A stretch of DNA of 64,000 nucleotides from Pseudogymnoascus verrucosus (taxonomy: Eukaryota). Shown one piece after another: positions 23,427 through 35,250 of the stretch. Below the pieces are notes generated by a model. The model was not told the origin of the DNA. It saw nothing but the letters and a program-made list of their open reading frames with translations, and made no database searches. Position 1 is the first letter of the stretch; each line of letters begins with the position of its first letter. The position numbers and the translations under genes were made by a program. The stretch is from assembly GCA_001662655.1 (NCBI GenBank), contig KV460207.1. One strand, 5' to 3'.

Positions 23427-24163
23427 GCGGGGTATGGGGGAATGAGGGGAGGGGGGAGGGGGTTTGGACGGATTCGGGGTTTGTTGCGAAGTGAGGGGGC
23501 GTTTGGGGGGGTTGGGTTGGGGTTTGGGAGGGGGGGCGTATTGGGATGGTGGGGGAGGGAGGGGGGGCTTGGTTCCTGGGTATTGATATTGGATGGATGG
23601 GATGGGGTATTTGGATTTGCTGGAGTAGGATGGGAGCTGCTTGATTGATGTTTGCTTGGGGTATCTTTTAACAACACTCCGCTGGGACGGGGTGATGGGC
23701 CTTAGTTGTAGTAGCTAGCAATGATATTTTTTCCTCTCTTCATGAATACTCTCAATTTTATTTCCCCACGCAAGGTTAAGGTTGTATAAGTAACAGAATT
23801 TACCATAGCCCAAAAGCCCTTTTCTCACATCCGACTTACCCGCCCCCAGCAACTCAGCGGTTCCGAAAATGCCAACCCTCAACGTGTGGTCCCGTACGAC
23901 CACTCTCCCGTGGCTGATAGAGAGTCAGCCCCGCAACCCCGCCCCGATAACCAACTTAGCTCGGCGGCCGCGGCCTGAGCGACCCCGTAGCGGCCATTAA
24001 ACGTCACCAAATCTATCAAGCTGGTTCCGTTCCGCGGCGAGAGTTTTATTTACTATTCCCCAACTATTCGCCAAAATAACACTCATTTATGACACTTGGT
24101 TAATTTCTCCTCTCCTCAGAAATATTCTTTTCAACTTGAGCGAGGCAGTATCATATAGCAACA

Positions 24164-25498
24164 ATGTCGCCGAAGACTATGAAAGCGGTGGTGTTTGATG
24201 GGCCGCATAAGGTTTCGTTGCAGGAGAGGCCGATTCCCGAGGTCCAGGCGCCGACGGATATTGTGGTTGCGGTTTCGTATACTGCGCTTTGCGGGTCGTA
24301 AGTGCTATTTGGAAGAGGTAGAATATGATAAGGGATTGACTGGGATATAGGGAGCTCCATGTGTTTCGCGGTCACCAGCCCAGCCCTACAGGTGAGTAAT
24401 CTCGTTGGGGTTTGGTGAGCTGTTCTAATGGTGGTATACAGGCTTTATCATGGGCCATGAGTTCACGGGTGTGGTCGCAGAGGTAGGCAGTGAAGTTAAA
24501 ACCGTCAAGGTGGGCGACAAGGTCGTCGCACCATTCACAGTATCTTGGTGAGTATATAGAAATTCCATCTTACTGCTTAAACCATCTAACCTAGAGGACA
24601 AAAGCTCAGAATGCTTCTACTGCAAAAACGGCTTCTCATCCCGCTGCGAAAAGTCCCTCCTCTTCGGCTCCGCAGCCCTAGACGGCGCACAGGCAGAGTA
24701 CGTCCGGGTTCCCTATGCGGACGGCACGGTCGTCAAAGCTCCCGCAGAGATCGACGACAAGGTTCTCGTCATGATGGCTGACATCTTCCCAACTGGTTTC
24801 TTCGGCGCCTCCAACGCCTTCAAGAACCTCACTCCAGCGCAGATTGCCGAATCGACAGCTGTGGTTATCGGATGCGGACCCGTGGGTCTCTGTGCTATTA
24901 TCGCGGCGGCTAGCTTTGGGCCGAAACATATATTTGCTGTGGATGGGGTTGAGAGCCGTCTTGAGCTCGCGAAGAGTCTGGGTGCTGAGCCGCTGAATTT
25001 TATGACTGATAAGGAGGGGATGCATGAGAAGATCAAGGCTGCGACGGGCGGGAGGGGCGCGGATGTTGTGATTGAGGTTGTTGGGTTGACGCCGGCGCTG
25101 AAGACGGGGTTTGATCTCTTGAGGCCGTGGGGTACGATTAGTAGCATTGGGGTGCACAATGCTGAGGTATTTCCGCCGTATCCCCAAAATGAGAGGCCTG
25201 CTAATGCGGTTCTTCGTAGATTCCGTGGGATGGCAACCAGGCTTATGGAAAGAACTTGACTGTTCAGATGGGAAGATGCCCTGTCCGATCTATATTCCCG
25301 GAAGCTCTTAAGCTGCTCCAAGAGAAGCAGCACCTTCTTGGGTGAGTCGAGATACCCAATTTAGCCCAGACGATACTGACTGACTGCAGGTTCATGTTCG
25401 ACAAAATTATGCCCTTATCGGATGCCGTAGAGGGGTACGAAATTTTCGATAAGATGCAGGCGCAGAAGGTTGTATTCAAGGTGGGATCCGCCGAGTAA
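24164..25498 (+). CDS. Zinc-dependent medium-chain alcohol dehydrogenase (FDH-like), about 6 exons
   Basis: ALCGS/ELH, GHEFTG, structural Zn ligands C-SECFYC...[20 protein letters not shown], and Rossmann GCGPVG. Confidence 0.9.
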
Positions 25499-25555
25499 GG
25501 CCGTTTGGAACGTATATAGTTTCTCAAATGTAGTCGTTGCACCTTTGCGAGTAGT

Positions 25556-26122
25556 TCAATTCTGGCGTGGCTTGACAATCCCATCGTGCACAATGTAGTA
25601 GACGACTGTGCTGTCATCGTGCAGTGTGGCCAGCAGCAATCTCTTCTGCCTATTCTTGCCCCGCCATCCTGCTCCAACCTCGTCCTCCTCCTGCTCCAGC
25701 GTATCTGTGCTTCCGGGCGGCACAGTCTCTATAGCATCGAAAACCTCTGCAAACTGCTTCAAGCTCCACTTCTCGTTGATGTGTGTTGGGAGGACCCATT
25801 CCGGCTCGGGACTCAGAGGAATCGACTGCCCCGTCTTGTGTTCGGCTTTCAGGATCTCGGCTTGTTCATCGGGATGGACATATGCTCGAGCTGGAGGGAT
25901 CCCGTATACGAGAGGCCTGGGAAGAGTAGAGCCTGTGATAGTCGACGTTGTTTGGACTGCAAGTTCGGTCCATTCGTGTTGATATTGCAGATTGTAGAGC
26001 ACAGTCGCAGCTAGCTGGTGAAGGTGAGCGGGAATGCCGCTGGTCTTGGACTCTTGGCTTGCGGCGGTGAGCAGAGCCTGCAGAGCGGATTCGACAGGAG
26101 GTCCATTGTCGGAGGTCGCCAT
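25556..26122 (-). CDS. SEN15: tRNA-splicing endonuclease subunit Sen15
   Basis: VLYNLQYQHEW, YVHPDEQ, EWVLPT and the C-terminal KRLLLATLHDDSTVVYYIVHDGIVKPRQN typical of fungal Sen15. Confidence 0.85.
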   Translation of the reverse strand: MATSDNGPPVESALQALLTAASQESKTSGIPAHLHQLAATVLYNLQYQHEWTELAVQTTSTITGSTLPRPLVYGIPPARAYVHPDEQAEILKAEHKTGQSIPLSPEPEWVLPTHINEKWSLKQFAEVFDAIETVPPGSTDTLEQEEDEVGAGWRGKNRQKRLLLATLHDDSTVVYYIVHDGIVKPRQN

Positions 26123-26947
26123 GGTGTGATTGAGGCGTTTGGATTTGCTGGTGATAATCTGGATCGATAACAGCCTCCCTCGGCAGGTGATTTTAATTCT
26201 GTGTTTGTCTAGGCCCGACCGTAGATTTCTTCAGAGACAATGCACGGACCAAGAGGGGTCCAGTTAGCCAATCAAAACCCCGTATCTTACCATGACAGGA
26301 ACAAAATCTGATCCCGTTAGAGGACCGTTACTCATCCACTCACAGGGTACTTCGCATGTCATGTACCTTTCTGTCCCAAACTCCGAGTTGACTCCCAACT
26401 TAACAACACCAGGTACCTTGCAACATGTACCTTCTTCCGCGTATAGCTTGTCTTCCTCCTCCCAATAGATTACTATGTAGACCTCCCAAATACTGTGTAG
26501 CAGATCCTTGCCCATAACCTGGCACTTAGCTTTGCCACTTCCCTCGAATCTCGATCGTTGCCGTTTTCTATCTTCATGTTGTTGTCTTGTTTTCTCCTAT
26601 TACTGTGACTGTCCAGCGCTTTCCCTCTCTGATCGAGGAGTCCCTATTTCCTCGCCCCCTCACTACTTCAACGACAATCGGTGTTGGAAGTATAATCACT
26701 CGTCATACAATTGGTTCAGAATGCGTGCATGAGTTGTCCGAAGTATATACCAAACATACGTCAATCTCACCACCCGATTGATCGTCGCGGCCAACGATTG
26801 GACATATAAGCCGTCCCTGTTGTGTCCAAATCTTGACGAACATTTTGCCTCCCAGCATCCTCTTGTTTCGAAGACGGCCTGAATCGGTCGACTAGAGATC
26901 TTACCATCAACTGTTTCGATCAACTTCACGCTCTAGAGATAAGAGAC

Positions 26948-28534
26948 ATGACCGAACAACCAACACCCACCGCGGCCAATGGCCTACCTACTCCTCCCAG
27001 CGACACTGTCGCTTTCCCTACAATCACCCCCCTCACGACGACACGCCCTGACAGCGGACCAGAGAGCGCCTCAGGCTCCCGACAGAGCACGGCTAACAGC
27101 AATGCCGACGGAGTGAGTCCAGGAGGGCACACGACGATTGCGAACAGGCTACGAAGCGCATCTCGAACATTTGAGCAATCGAGCATACCAGTTGGCATGT
27201 GGTCGGCGACGGCTTCTATTGCTTCGTCCGCTCCCTCGATAGCTGATATTAGGAGAGGTAGTTTTGGGAGTGATGGTTGGTCTGGCGATGGCCAGTTGAA
27301 GGAAAAAAGCAGGCGTGCTAGTCTTGGGCGCCGTACTACCTCCAACTCGGCCGCTACTAAGAATGGTACTGGCAGCGGACTTACTGAAGTCGCGGAGAAT
27401 AAGAAACTCGAGAGCCCGATCGAGGACGTTTCCACGAGCAGGCAGCTGGATACAATCAGTGCCGAAGGGTCCGCGGATTCCCAGAAACCAGTCGCTCAAC
27501 AGAACTCAGCATCTGTGCCACTGGTTGGCGGTTCAACTACTGAACCAAATGAGGAATACAGAACTGAGCCATTCGACAACGGTTATGAGTTCCCGCCAAA
27601 GCACAGCTGGCAGACATCTACAGCCATCGGCGCCAAGGCATTGTGGAAGTTCTTCATTACGCCCCTCGGGTTCTTGGTTGTCATTTACGGCTTGAACGTT
27701 GTTGCCTGGGGAGGCATGCTATTCCTACTGCTGTGCAATGCATCGCCAGCGATGTGCTCTCCTACCTGCGACGATATCAACTCCCCGCGAAGAATCTGGA
27801 TCGAGATCGACTCCCAAATCCTCAACGCGCTGTTCTGCGTAACTGGTTTCGGCTTAGTTCCATGGAGATTCCGGGATTTATACTATCTGATGAAATATCA
27901 CATCCGAGGCGATCAGCTTGCTCTTCGCCGCCTAGCTGGCATCCACCGAGATTGGTTCAGACTGGAAGGCTCTTCGGACCTACCTATCTCGGTCGGGCCA
28001 GATAACATCGAAGCTGAGATATCGAATCTGCCCGAGAATGCTGTGCCATATCCGCTGAAGACTATCCCTAGCGCTCCGCTGACAGGAAATCGTGCACCAG
28101 CTACAGCAAGGTGGAAGATGGACTTTTTCATCTGGATGTTCGTGTGGAATACGTTTCTACAGATTGTCCTCTCCGTGTTTATGTGGAAGTTTAACAGATA
28201 TGAGCGCCCTTCGTGGAGTACTGGTCTCTTCGTGGCAATGGCCTGTATTGTGGCTGGTATTGGAGGTATCATGGGGTTTCTCGAGGGCAAGAAAGTCAAG
28301 TCGATTGAGGGTGTAGAGGTCAGCCCCGAGGATCAGGCGCGGCTGAGGAGGGATCGTGAGATGGGGATTGTTCATTACAACAACTTGAAGGGCGAGAAAC
28401 CCAAGCCGAAGAAGGAGCATCATAACCCGTTGACGCACAGGTCGTTGAAGGGGGAAAAGGGAGAGAAGGTGGATGACTTGGCGAAGGGTATAACCACTGA
28501 GACCAGCACGGCGAGTGATAAACCCTCGGCGTAG
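26948..28534 (+). CDS. DUF2985-domain membrane protein
   Basis: TPLGFLVVIYGLNVVAWGGMLFLLL...WIEIDSQILNALFCVTGFGLVPWRFRD...NTFLQ...RPSWSTG. Confidence 0.8.
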   Translation: MTEQPTPTAANGLPTPPSDTVAFPTITPLTTTRPDSGPESASGSRQSTANSNADGVSPGGHTTIANRLRSASRTFEQSSIPVGMWSATASIASSAPSIADIRRGSFGSDGWSGDGQLKEKSRRASLGRRTTSNSAATKNGTGSGLTEVAENKKLESPIEDVSTSRQLDTISAEGSADSQKPVAQQNSASVPLVGGSTTEPNEEYRTEPFDNGYEFPPKHSWQTSTAIGAKALWKFFITPLGFLVVIYGLNVVAWGGMLFLLLCNASPAMCSPTCDDINSPRRIWIEIDSQILNALFCVTGFGLVPWRFRDLYYLMKYHIRGDQLALRRLAGIHRDWFRLEGSSDLPISVGPDNIEAEISNLPENAVPYPLKTIPSAPLTGNRAPATARWKMDFFIWMFVWNTFLQIVLSVFMWKFNRYERPSWSTGLFVAMACIVAGIGGIMGFLEGKKVKSIEGVEVSPEDQARLRRDREMGIVHYNNLKGEKPKPKKEHHNPLTHRSLKGEKGEKVDDLAKGITTETSTASDKPSA

Positions 28535-29282
28535 TTGGGTTTGGGCTGAGGGACCAGAGCGTTGGCACTATTATCACAGTATTGTTGTATTTAGGCGCGT
28601 AATTTGTTCGGCGGGATGAGCGGTGATGCTTCTGTTCAGGATATGATACCACGCGCACATTATTATGTGCGTAGCTATACAAATAAATCATTTAATTGGA
28701 AACCTCTGGGCCACTACATATGTACGAGATTAAGCCATTGAGCCAGACAGGTAATAAAATATAATATAGTCTATTAAATTTATATATATATATTTGCCTT
28801 GTGTTTTTATTATTATTTGATTTATAAATAATTGGCTTGGAAGCGACCATTTTGTGCGTAGCTAACTCATTTAATCGAAAATCCTGGGGCTTTACACACA
28901 TGTATATTGAGTATGATATTAATTAGTAGTTCCAAGTGATATAATTTCGAGATGTCGTAGGTGGTGTATGTAGTCCAGCTGAGGAGGTATATTATGTGGC
29001 TTACGTAATCCACGATGTGATGGGATCCGATTGTAACCTGTCACACCTATCCGGGTACTAGCCAGCCACCTGAGATCCCCCTCAACTCCCTCGCAACAAA
29101 GACAAGAGTTGCCACTGCGCCCCTCCACGCCGGACGATAGGCATATATTAGAATCATCATCATTATACCATGATATAAAAACATATATACTATCCATACA
29201 TATCTGCTGCAAACCACACTCGATACAGCATCTCTTCCACCAAACCACACACGACTGCGGCACGCAACACAGCTCCTCCAAG

Positions 29283-30668
29283 ATGGCGGCCAAGTCCTTC
29301 ATCCCGCTGCTCGTGGGCATGATGCTGCTCACAGGCTGCTGCAACACTCTATTCACCAAATACCAAGTTCGTCTCCCTTCCCCAACCTCAACAAGCTTAT
29401 CAGCTAACCCATGACCGCAGGACAACCAATGCGTCTCCAACTGCGACGACCCCGACCCCTCCAACCGCAAACACTTCGAACAGCCCGTCATCCAAACCGC
29501 CCAGATGTTCATCGGCGAAATGGGCTGCTGGCTCGTCGTCGGGATCTTCTCTCTCTACCAACGCTTCACAGGCGAGCGCGCCGAGGACCAAGGCCCCGAT
29601 TACCACGCCATCAACGAGGATGACGAGGATGCGAGGGATGCGGACGAGGAGAGCCTGCGGAATCCGGTTGTGAGGGTCCTGACGAAGGATGCGGAGGGGA
29701 GGTTGCCGCTTACGGGGTGGAAGGTGGCGATGTTGGCGTTGCCGGCTACGTGTGATATCCTCGGGACGACGCTTATGAATGCGGGATTCCTGTTTGTGGT
29801 GGCGTCGGTGTATCAGATGACGAGGGGGATGTTGGTGATTTGGGTGGGCATATTCAGTGTGGTTTTCTTGAAGAAGAAGTTGTACTTGTTCCAGTGGTGT
29901 GCGTTGGCGACTGTGGTGCTGGGTGTTACTCTCGTTGGGCTGGCGGGGTCGCTGCAGGCTGAGGATGTTACCAAGCCTGCCTCGGTTATGGAGGGAGCGA
30001 AGAATGCTGCAGTCATTATTTCGAGAGTTGCTTCGACACCGGATGCTATCAGCACGATGATTGGAGTATTCCTCATTGCTGGTGCCCAGATCTTCACGGC
30101 CACGCAGTTCGTGTTGGAGGAGTTTATCCTGGAGAAATATGCACTTGAGCCGCTGAGGGTGGTGGGGTGGGAGGGGATTTTTGGATTTACGTTCACGGCT
30201 TTGGGGATGCTGGTCCTTCACCTGGCTATTGGTAGGACGCCGGAGGGGCAGCTGGGGTACTTTGATGCGGTGGAGGGATTGAGGCAGATGTTTTATAACA
30301 AGCAGATCCTTATCTCGAGTGTGCTGATTATGATCAGTATTGGGTATGTCGTCTCATTCTCCTATCAGAGAGTTAATGCTAACTACCACAGCGGATTCAA
30401 CTTCTTCGGCCTCTCAGTAACGAGGAGCGTGAGCGCGACCTCTCGATCAACAATCGACACATGCCGCACCCTCTTCATCTGGATCGTCTCCCTCAGCCTT
30501 GGCTGGGAGCGCCTCGGACCAACAACACTGCTCCAAGTCGCCGGCTTCTGCCTCCTCGTCTACGGCACGTTCCTCTTCAATGGTATCGTGCAACCCCCAC
30601 TACGTCGCTGCATGGTCTCGGAGCCCATCGAGGAACTGCTCCCAGAAGAACCAATAGAGCATCTCTGA
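29283..30668 (+). CDS. SLC35F6-like (DMT/EamA, nucleotide-sugar-transporter-like) membrane protein, introns 29367-29420 and about 30344-30391
   Basis: MMLLTGCCNTLFTKYQ/D, FEQPVIQTAQMFIGEMGC, LPATCD, SVYQMTRG, QFVLEE, VGWEGIFG, FNFFGLSVT..SATSRSTIDTCRTLFIW. Confidence 0.9.
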
Positions 30669-33006
30669 GGCGGGACATGAGGCTGAAAGGACGTCGTGGG
30701 TGAGGCGTCTGATGCGGCGGTGATGGGCACGGCCTATCGGCACTGTGGACTTACGTGATGAGCATGGCGTGTGCCTCATTTCACTTTTTACGAACACATC
30801 TAGCGTGTTGGAGGGTGGTGGTACCAGGGGTCGTCATCCTACTCTAACACACCGTCAGCCAATAAATCCTGCTCCCCCTCCGAACTGCAGATTGGGCGCC
30901 GCATTTTTGTTTTTTTGTTGCGTGAGGCTCGGAAACTGGGCGATGAGTGAGAGGGTCGTAGTTGGAGTCCCTTACATTTGTCCGCCGCTAGCTCGTTTCT
31001 CGTGCGTGTTGCTGGGGTTTGCACCACCGGACCTGCGATACACCTACCTGCTGCCTCTCGTGACATCGGATGAGGCTTATGATTAGGCTAAGCAGGAGGG
31101 CGGGAGGAGTAGTAGCGTGACACTGTGCGCCGGCGCGAAGGATGTACATACAGTACAGTACAGTTACAACGCATGCAACTGCAACTGCAACTGCAGCGTC
31201 TGGTGGATGGGCGGCCACACCGGGGGGGAGGGCTGTTTTTTACTTACCTTTGACAAAGTTTGACAGGTTTTAATAACTGGGTTATAGCTGGGTTGTGCAC
31301 GAGACGAGGTGGGTTGGTTTTGAGACCTTTTTCAGCCGCAGGGCAGGACGGGCGTGTTGGGTTGGGATGGGGGGGGATGTGAGGGACTTAAGCCGCACTT
31401 TGGGGCGCAGTGATACGTACATGGATGGGAGCAACGGCGGGGAAGCTTATGGTGGGCGCGGGCGGGTTGGGTGTTTGTTAGCCGTGGTACTGGTGTAGAG
31501 AATAAAGAACAGATCTCTTTTTTGGATAGATCTTGCTCGATCTGTGACGCCGTTTTTGTTTTCTTTCTCCTGGCTTATTTTTTTATTTGTTTAAGATCTG
31601 TGAAGTGGTTGTGGGTAGTACGATGGGGGGTTCTGGGAGTGTGTGTAGGGTGAGAGGTGAGAGGAGGAGGGGAGTTTGTGGATAGTTACTCCAGACAGCA
31701 GCTATGGGCAGTGTGTACTGTACTGTACATGTTTGAAAAGGAAGACGAATTGGAGAGCAGAGAGAAAAGGAAGACGACCAGAGCAGAGAGAAGAGAAGGA
31801 AGATCCCATATTCCCCTCATATATTCCCCTCATATTCCCGTCCTATAAGTACGTATAGATTCAAATTACTCCATGGTAAGTTAAAGAAAGTACTTCATAT
31901 ATGGCAGTAACCACGGCAGTTTCCCAAGTACCCACCTCCCACCTCCTCCCATCTTTTTACTCGAGTACACCTTCCTCACTTGCTCTTTCTTCCTCCCTTG
32001 ACCGGACCTTGACCGACGGAACGAGCTACGACCCCAGTCTACCCAGCCCAACCCAAAAAACCCCAGTTCCCAAGTGCTGAGCATCCCATCCATCGCATCC
32101 CGCATCCCGCATTCCGCTTTACTCCACTCCACTACTCCCACCACTCAACTACGAGACGAACGAACTCAACTAACCCAACTCAACTAACTCCCTCAAACAT
32201 ACTAGAACGGCCGGGAGTGCGAGGACTCGACGAAGAGCTAGACTCGCACCACCACGCACCACCACGCACCACCACCTACTCTAAAAAGTGCACTACCCAC
32301 TGAGCAATACTACTACCACCACTCTACACCACCAAATCTCCACCACCACCACAGAAACTCGAACCCCCTCCATATTAAATCGTCGCAACCACCGTCCCGG
32401 TATGCGCTCGCCCATCTATCTACCTCCTCCCACCACCACCGCCGCAATCCCTCTTTCTTCCCCAAATACACCCACCGCCGGGCTGCCAAAAATACTAAAA
32501 ATACGAAAAAAATTATAATAAATATAACTACAAAAAAGAAAATAAAACAAAAAGCAAAACCCACAAAGGCCACACTACACTCCCTGTGCTGGCTGCTGTC
32601 CCCCATCCTTTCGTCTATCGCATCAACCCAACCCGTCGAACCTCGTTATCCATCACCGCCGCGCCCTCGCGTCTGATACCCGCTATCTCACCGACACATC
32701 CACCGAGTCGCAAACACTTCCTCGAATAACTATCTCTCGTCGAATCTACCCTCTATCGCATCCTGCGACTGTCGCGACTCTACAAACCATCGCATCCCGA
32801 CCCTCTCGCACCAATACCCACGCCCATTGATCCTTACGTTACCCTCGCCAGCTCGTCGCATCGCAGTCTTGGCAAAAAAGAACACCACAGCACCGCACCC
32901 AGAACCCACCACACATCACACAACACACACCGTCATCCCCCCGCGAGCCCTCGTCGCGCCCGCACGCCTCGTCCCGTCGCCGCCTCCGCGCTTCAATGGC
33001 AGACCA

Positions 33007-34569
33007 ATGACTATGGCCACCGCCTCCGCGCCCAACGCCAGCACGCACCCTCACGCCTCCTCCGCCGCCGACAACTACGACCCCACCGACGTCGGTCCCC
33101 GCGACAGTCCACCCCCCCCCATCCACCACCCCAAGCTCGAACCGACGCCCAGCCCGCCCGGCATCGCGTCCGAGGTGAGCACGCCGCCTGGGAGTCCCGG
33201 CGCGCCGCATAAGCCCGGGAGGAAGGTGTTGCGCCCGGTGCCGAATCCGGGGGATGTGGCGCTGCTGGACTCGATGGCTGGGGGGAGGGCGAGGGAGATT
33301 GCGGAGACGGCGGGGAGAGAGCTGATACAGGCGCCTGATGAGGAGGAGGGGGATGAGGATATGAGGGCGGGGAGTGAGGGGGAGAGGGGGGTCGAGGTGC
33401 CGATGGAGGGGATGGGGAGGGAGGTGGATTTGGAGGCGTTGGCGGCGGGGGCGTTGAGGGCGTTTAATGCTGGAGAGGCGCCGGTGGGTAAGCAGAGTCA
33501 TGTGGAGGAGGTGGGGGGACAGCAGGTGGATGACCAGATGCGGCATATGTCTCCCAAGGCGTCCACTATAAACGGGAACCATGATGAGCTTCCACCGATC
33601 CAAGAGGCGTCCCCGAAAGCCGAAAAGCTGACCAACGTAACCCTGCCGTCCATCTCGTCGCAACTAGCCAACCTAGGTGAGCTCAAGCATTTAGCAGACG
33701 CCGCTATCACAGCAGCTGTCGATACAGCACCTCCCAACGGACACCGGCACTCGATATCCTCGCAATCACCACCGCAACCACCGCTCTTCAGAGTAGGCGA
33801 CCCAGCACACCACCACCCCGCACCAAACGTCCACACCTCACCACCCCCCATCTCCCCGCGCGAGAGCTTCCACACTATCCCCTCCCCCGGCTTCCCCGCG
33901 CCGCCATTATTCTTCCGGCGACAATCCCAAGTCTCCGATTCCGCGCCCTACACCAGCGGCGGCGACTTCACAGGGAACGTCGCGGACACATCTACCACCG
34001 ATCACTCCGGTGCGACAGCCAACGGGATTCCAGCGGGGATCGACCGCATGAGTATAGACGGCATCACGAACCCACTAGTGGGGGGGTTCCAGTGTAACTA
34101 CCCCGGCTGCACGGCGCAGCCCTTCCAGACGCAGTACTTGCTCAACTCGCACGCGAACGTGCATTCGCAGAACCGGCCGCATTATTGCCCTGTTAAAGGG
34201 TGTCTGAGGAGTGAAGGGGGGAAGGGGTTCAAGAGGAAGAATGAGATGATTAGACATGGGCTGGTGCATGAGTCGCCGGGGTATGTTTGTCCGTATTGTA
34301 TGGATAGGGAACATAAGTATCCGAGGCCGGATAATTTGCAACGGTATGTTGGAGTCCGCTTTCCTAATTTGCTTTACGTGTGACGGGCTGTTGGGTAGCA
34401 AACAAACAGACAAACGAACGAACGAGCTTTTACTGACCGACCCCACAACAGACACGTCCGCGTCCACCACGTAGACAAAGATAAAGACGACCCCCTCCTC
34501 CGCGAAGTCCTCGCCCAACGCCCCGAAGGACCAAGTCGCGGCCGTCGCCGGCGCGGCGGAAATAATTAA
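33007..34569 (+). CDS. C2H2 zinc-finger transcription factor (3 C-terminal fingers), intron 34344-34451
   Basis: CNYPGC..H..H, CPVKGC..RH..H, CPYC...DNLQR/HVRVHH, with a Pro/Ser-rich N-terminus. The first in-frame ATG is at 33007 and the second at 33013. Confidence 0.88.
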
Positions 34570-35250
34570 CGAACCCCCCCCCATTTTTTATTTATTCATG
34601 TTACCCCTGTTTGCACAACGGCGTTAAAGAAACCGCCCCCCGACGAAAACGCCAACAATCTGGCGACTATCGATCGTACCCCGCCTCCGCCACCCGACTG
34701 AAAAAAGGGGACTGGCAAAGAGAGGGGGGGAGAGGGGGGGTTGATGGAGTTTGTGAGCTGATATATATATACCAACGACTGGGGGATGTGACGCTCTCGA
34801 ACCGCTTTTTTTTCTTCTTTTTTGTGTTGGAGCGGATAAACCCCCAGGGCAGCTGCTTGTTGTTGTTGTTATTGTTACTTTTTTTGGTGTGTATGTCGTG
34901 CACGATGTGGAGGATGTCTGTGATGTTGTATCTAGGATGGATGGTTAGGTCATGTGGGCGATTATTGGACCTGATGAGATGCTTGGCATCTATCTTCTTC
35001 TTCTTTTCTATGTTCATACTTTTTTTTTGTGATGGGAAGGATAGGATGGGTGACATAGAGAGTACTACCTACATATTCCATACGCTATGGTTTAGAGATG
35101 ATGGTTCATAAATTCGTGACTAAATACCTGGCTATCTACTAATAGATCTTGCCACCAAGGCGGTCCTTAGATTCGCCAAGTTGCTTCAGCAGCAGCTTCC
35201 ACCATCCCCACCATCCCCACGACAAACACACAAACAGCACCCCCCTTCTC

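Noticed and set aside
23892..23935. 5S rRNA-like start (TACGACCA) and a small GGCTGA/TCAGCC hairpin
   Set aside because: The similarity does not continue into the 5S sequence.
29367..29372. GTTCGT donors (also at 3814 and 40699) as non-canonical introns
   Set aside because: Ordinary GT-AG variants commonly seen in filamentous ascomycetes.
30700..32800. Microsatellite-like runs (GCAACT, ATATTCCCCTC, GCACCACCAC, CATCCCG) as a coded array
   Set aside because: Different units with 2-4 copies each, consistent with slippage in low-complexity intergenic DNA.
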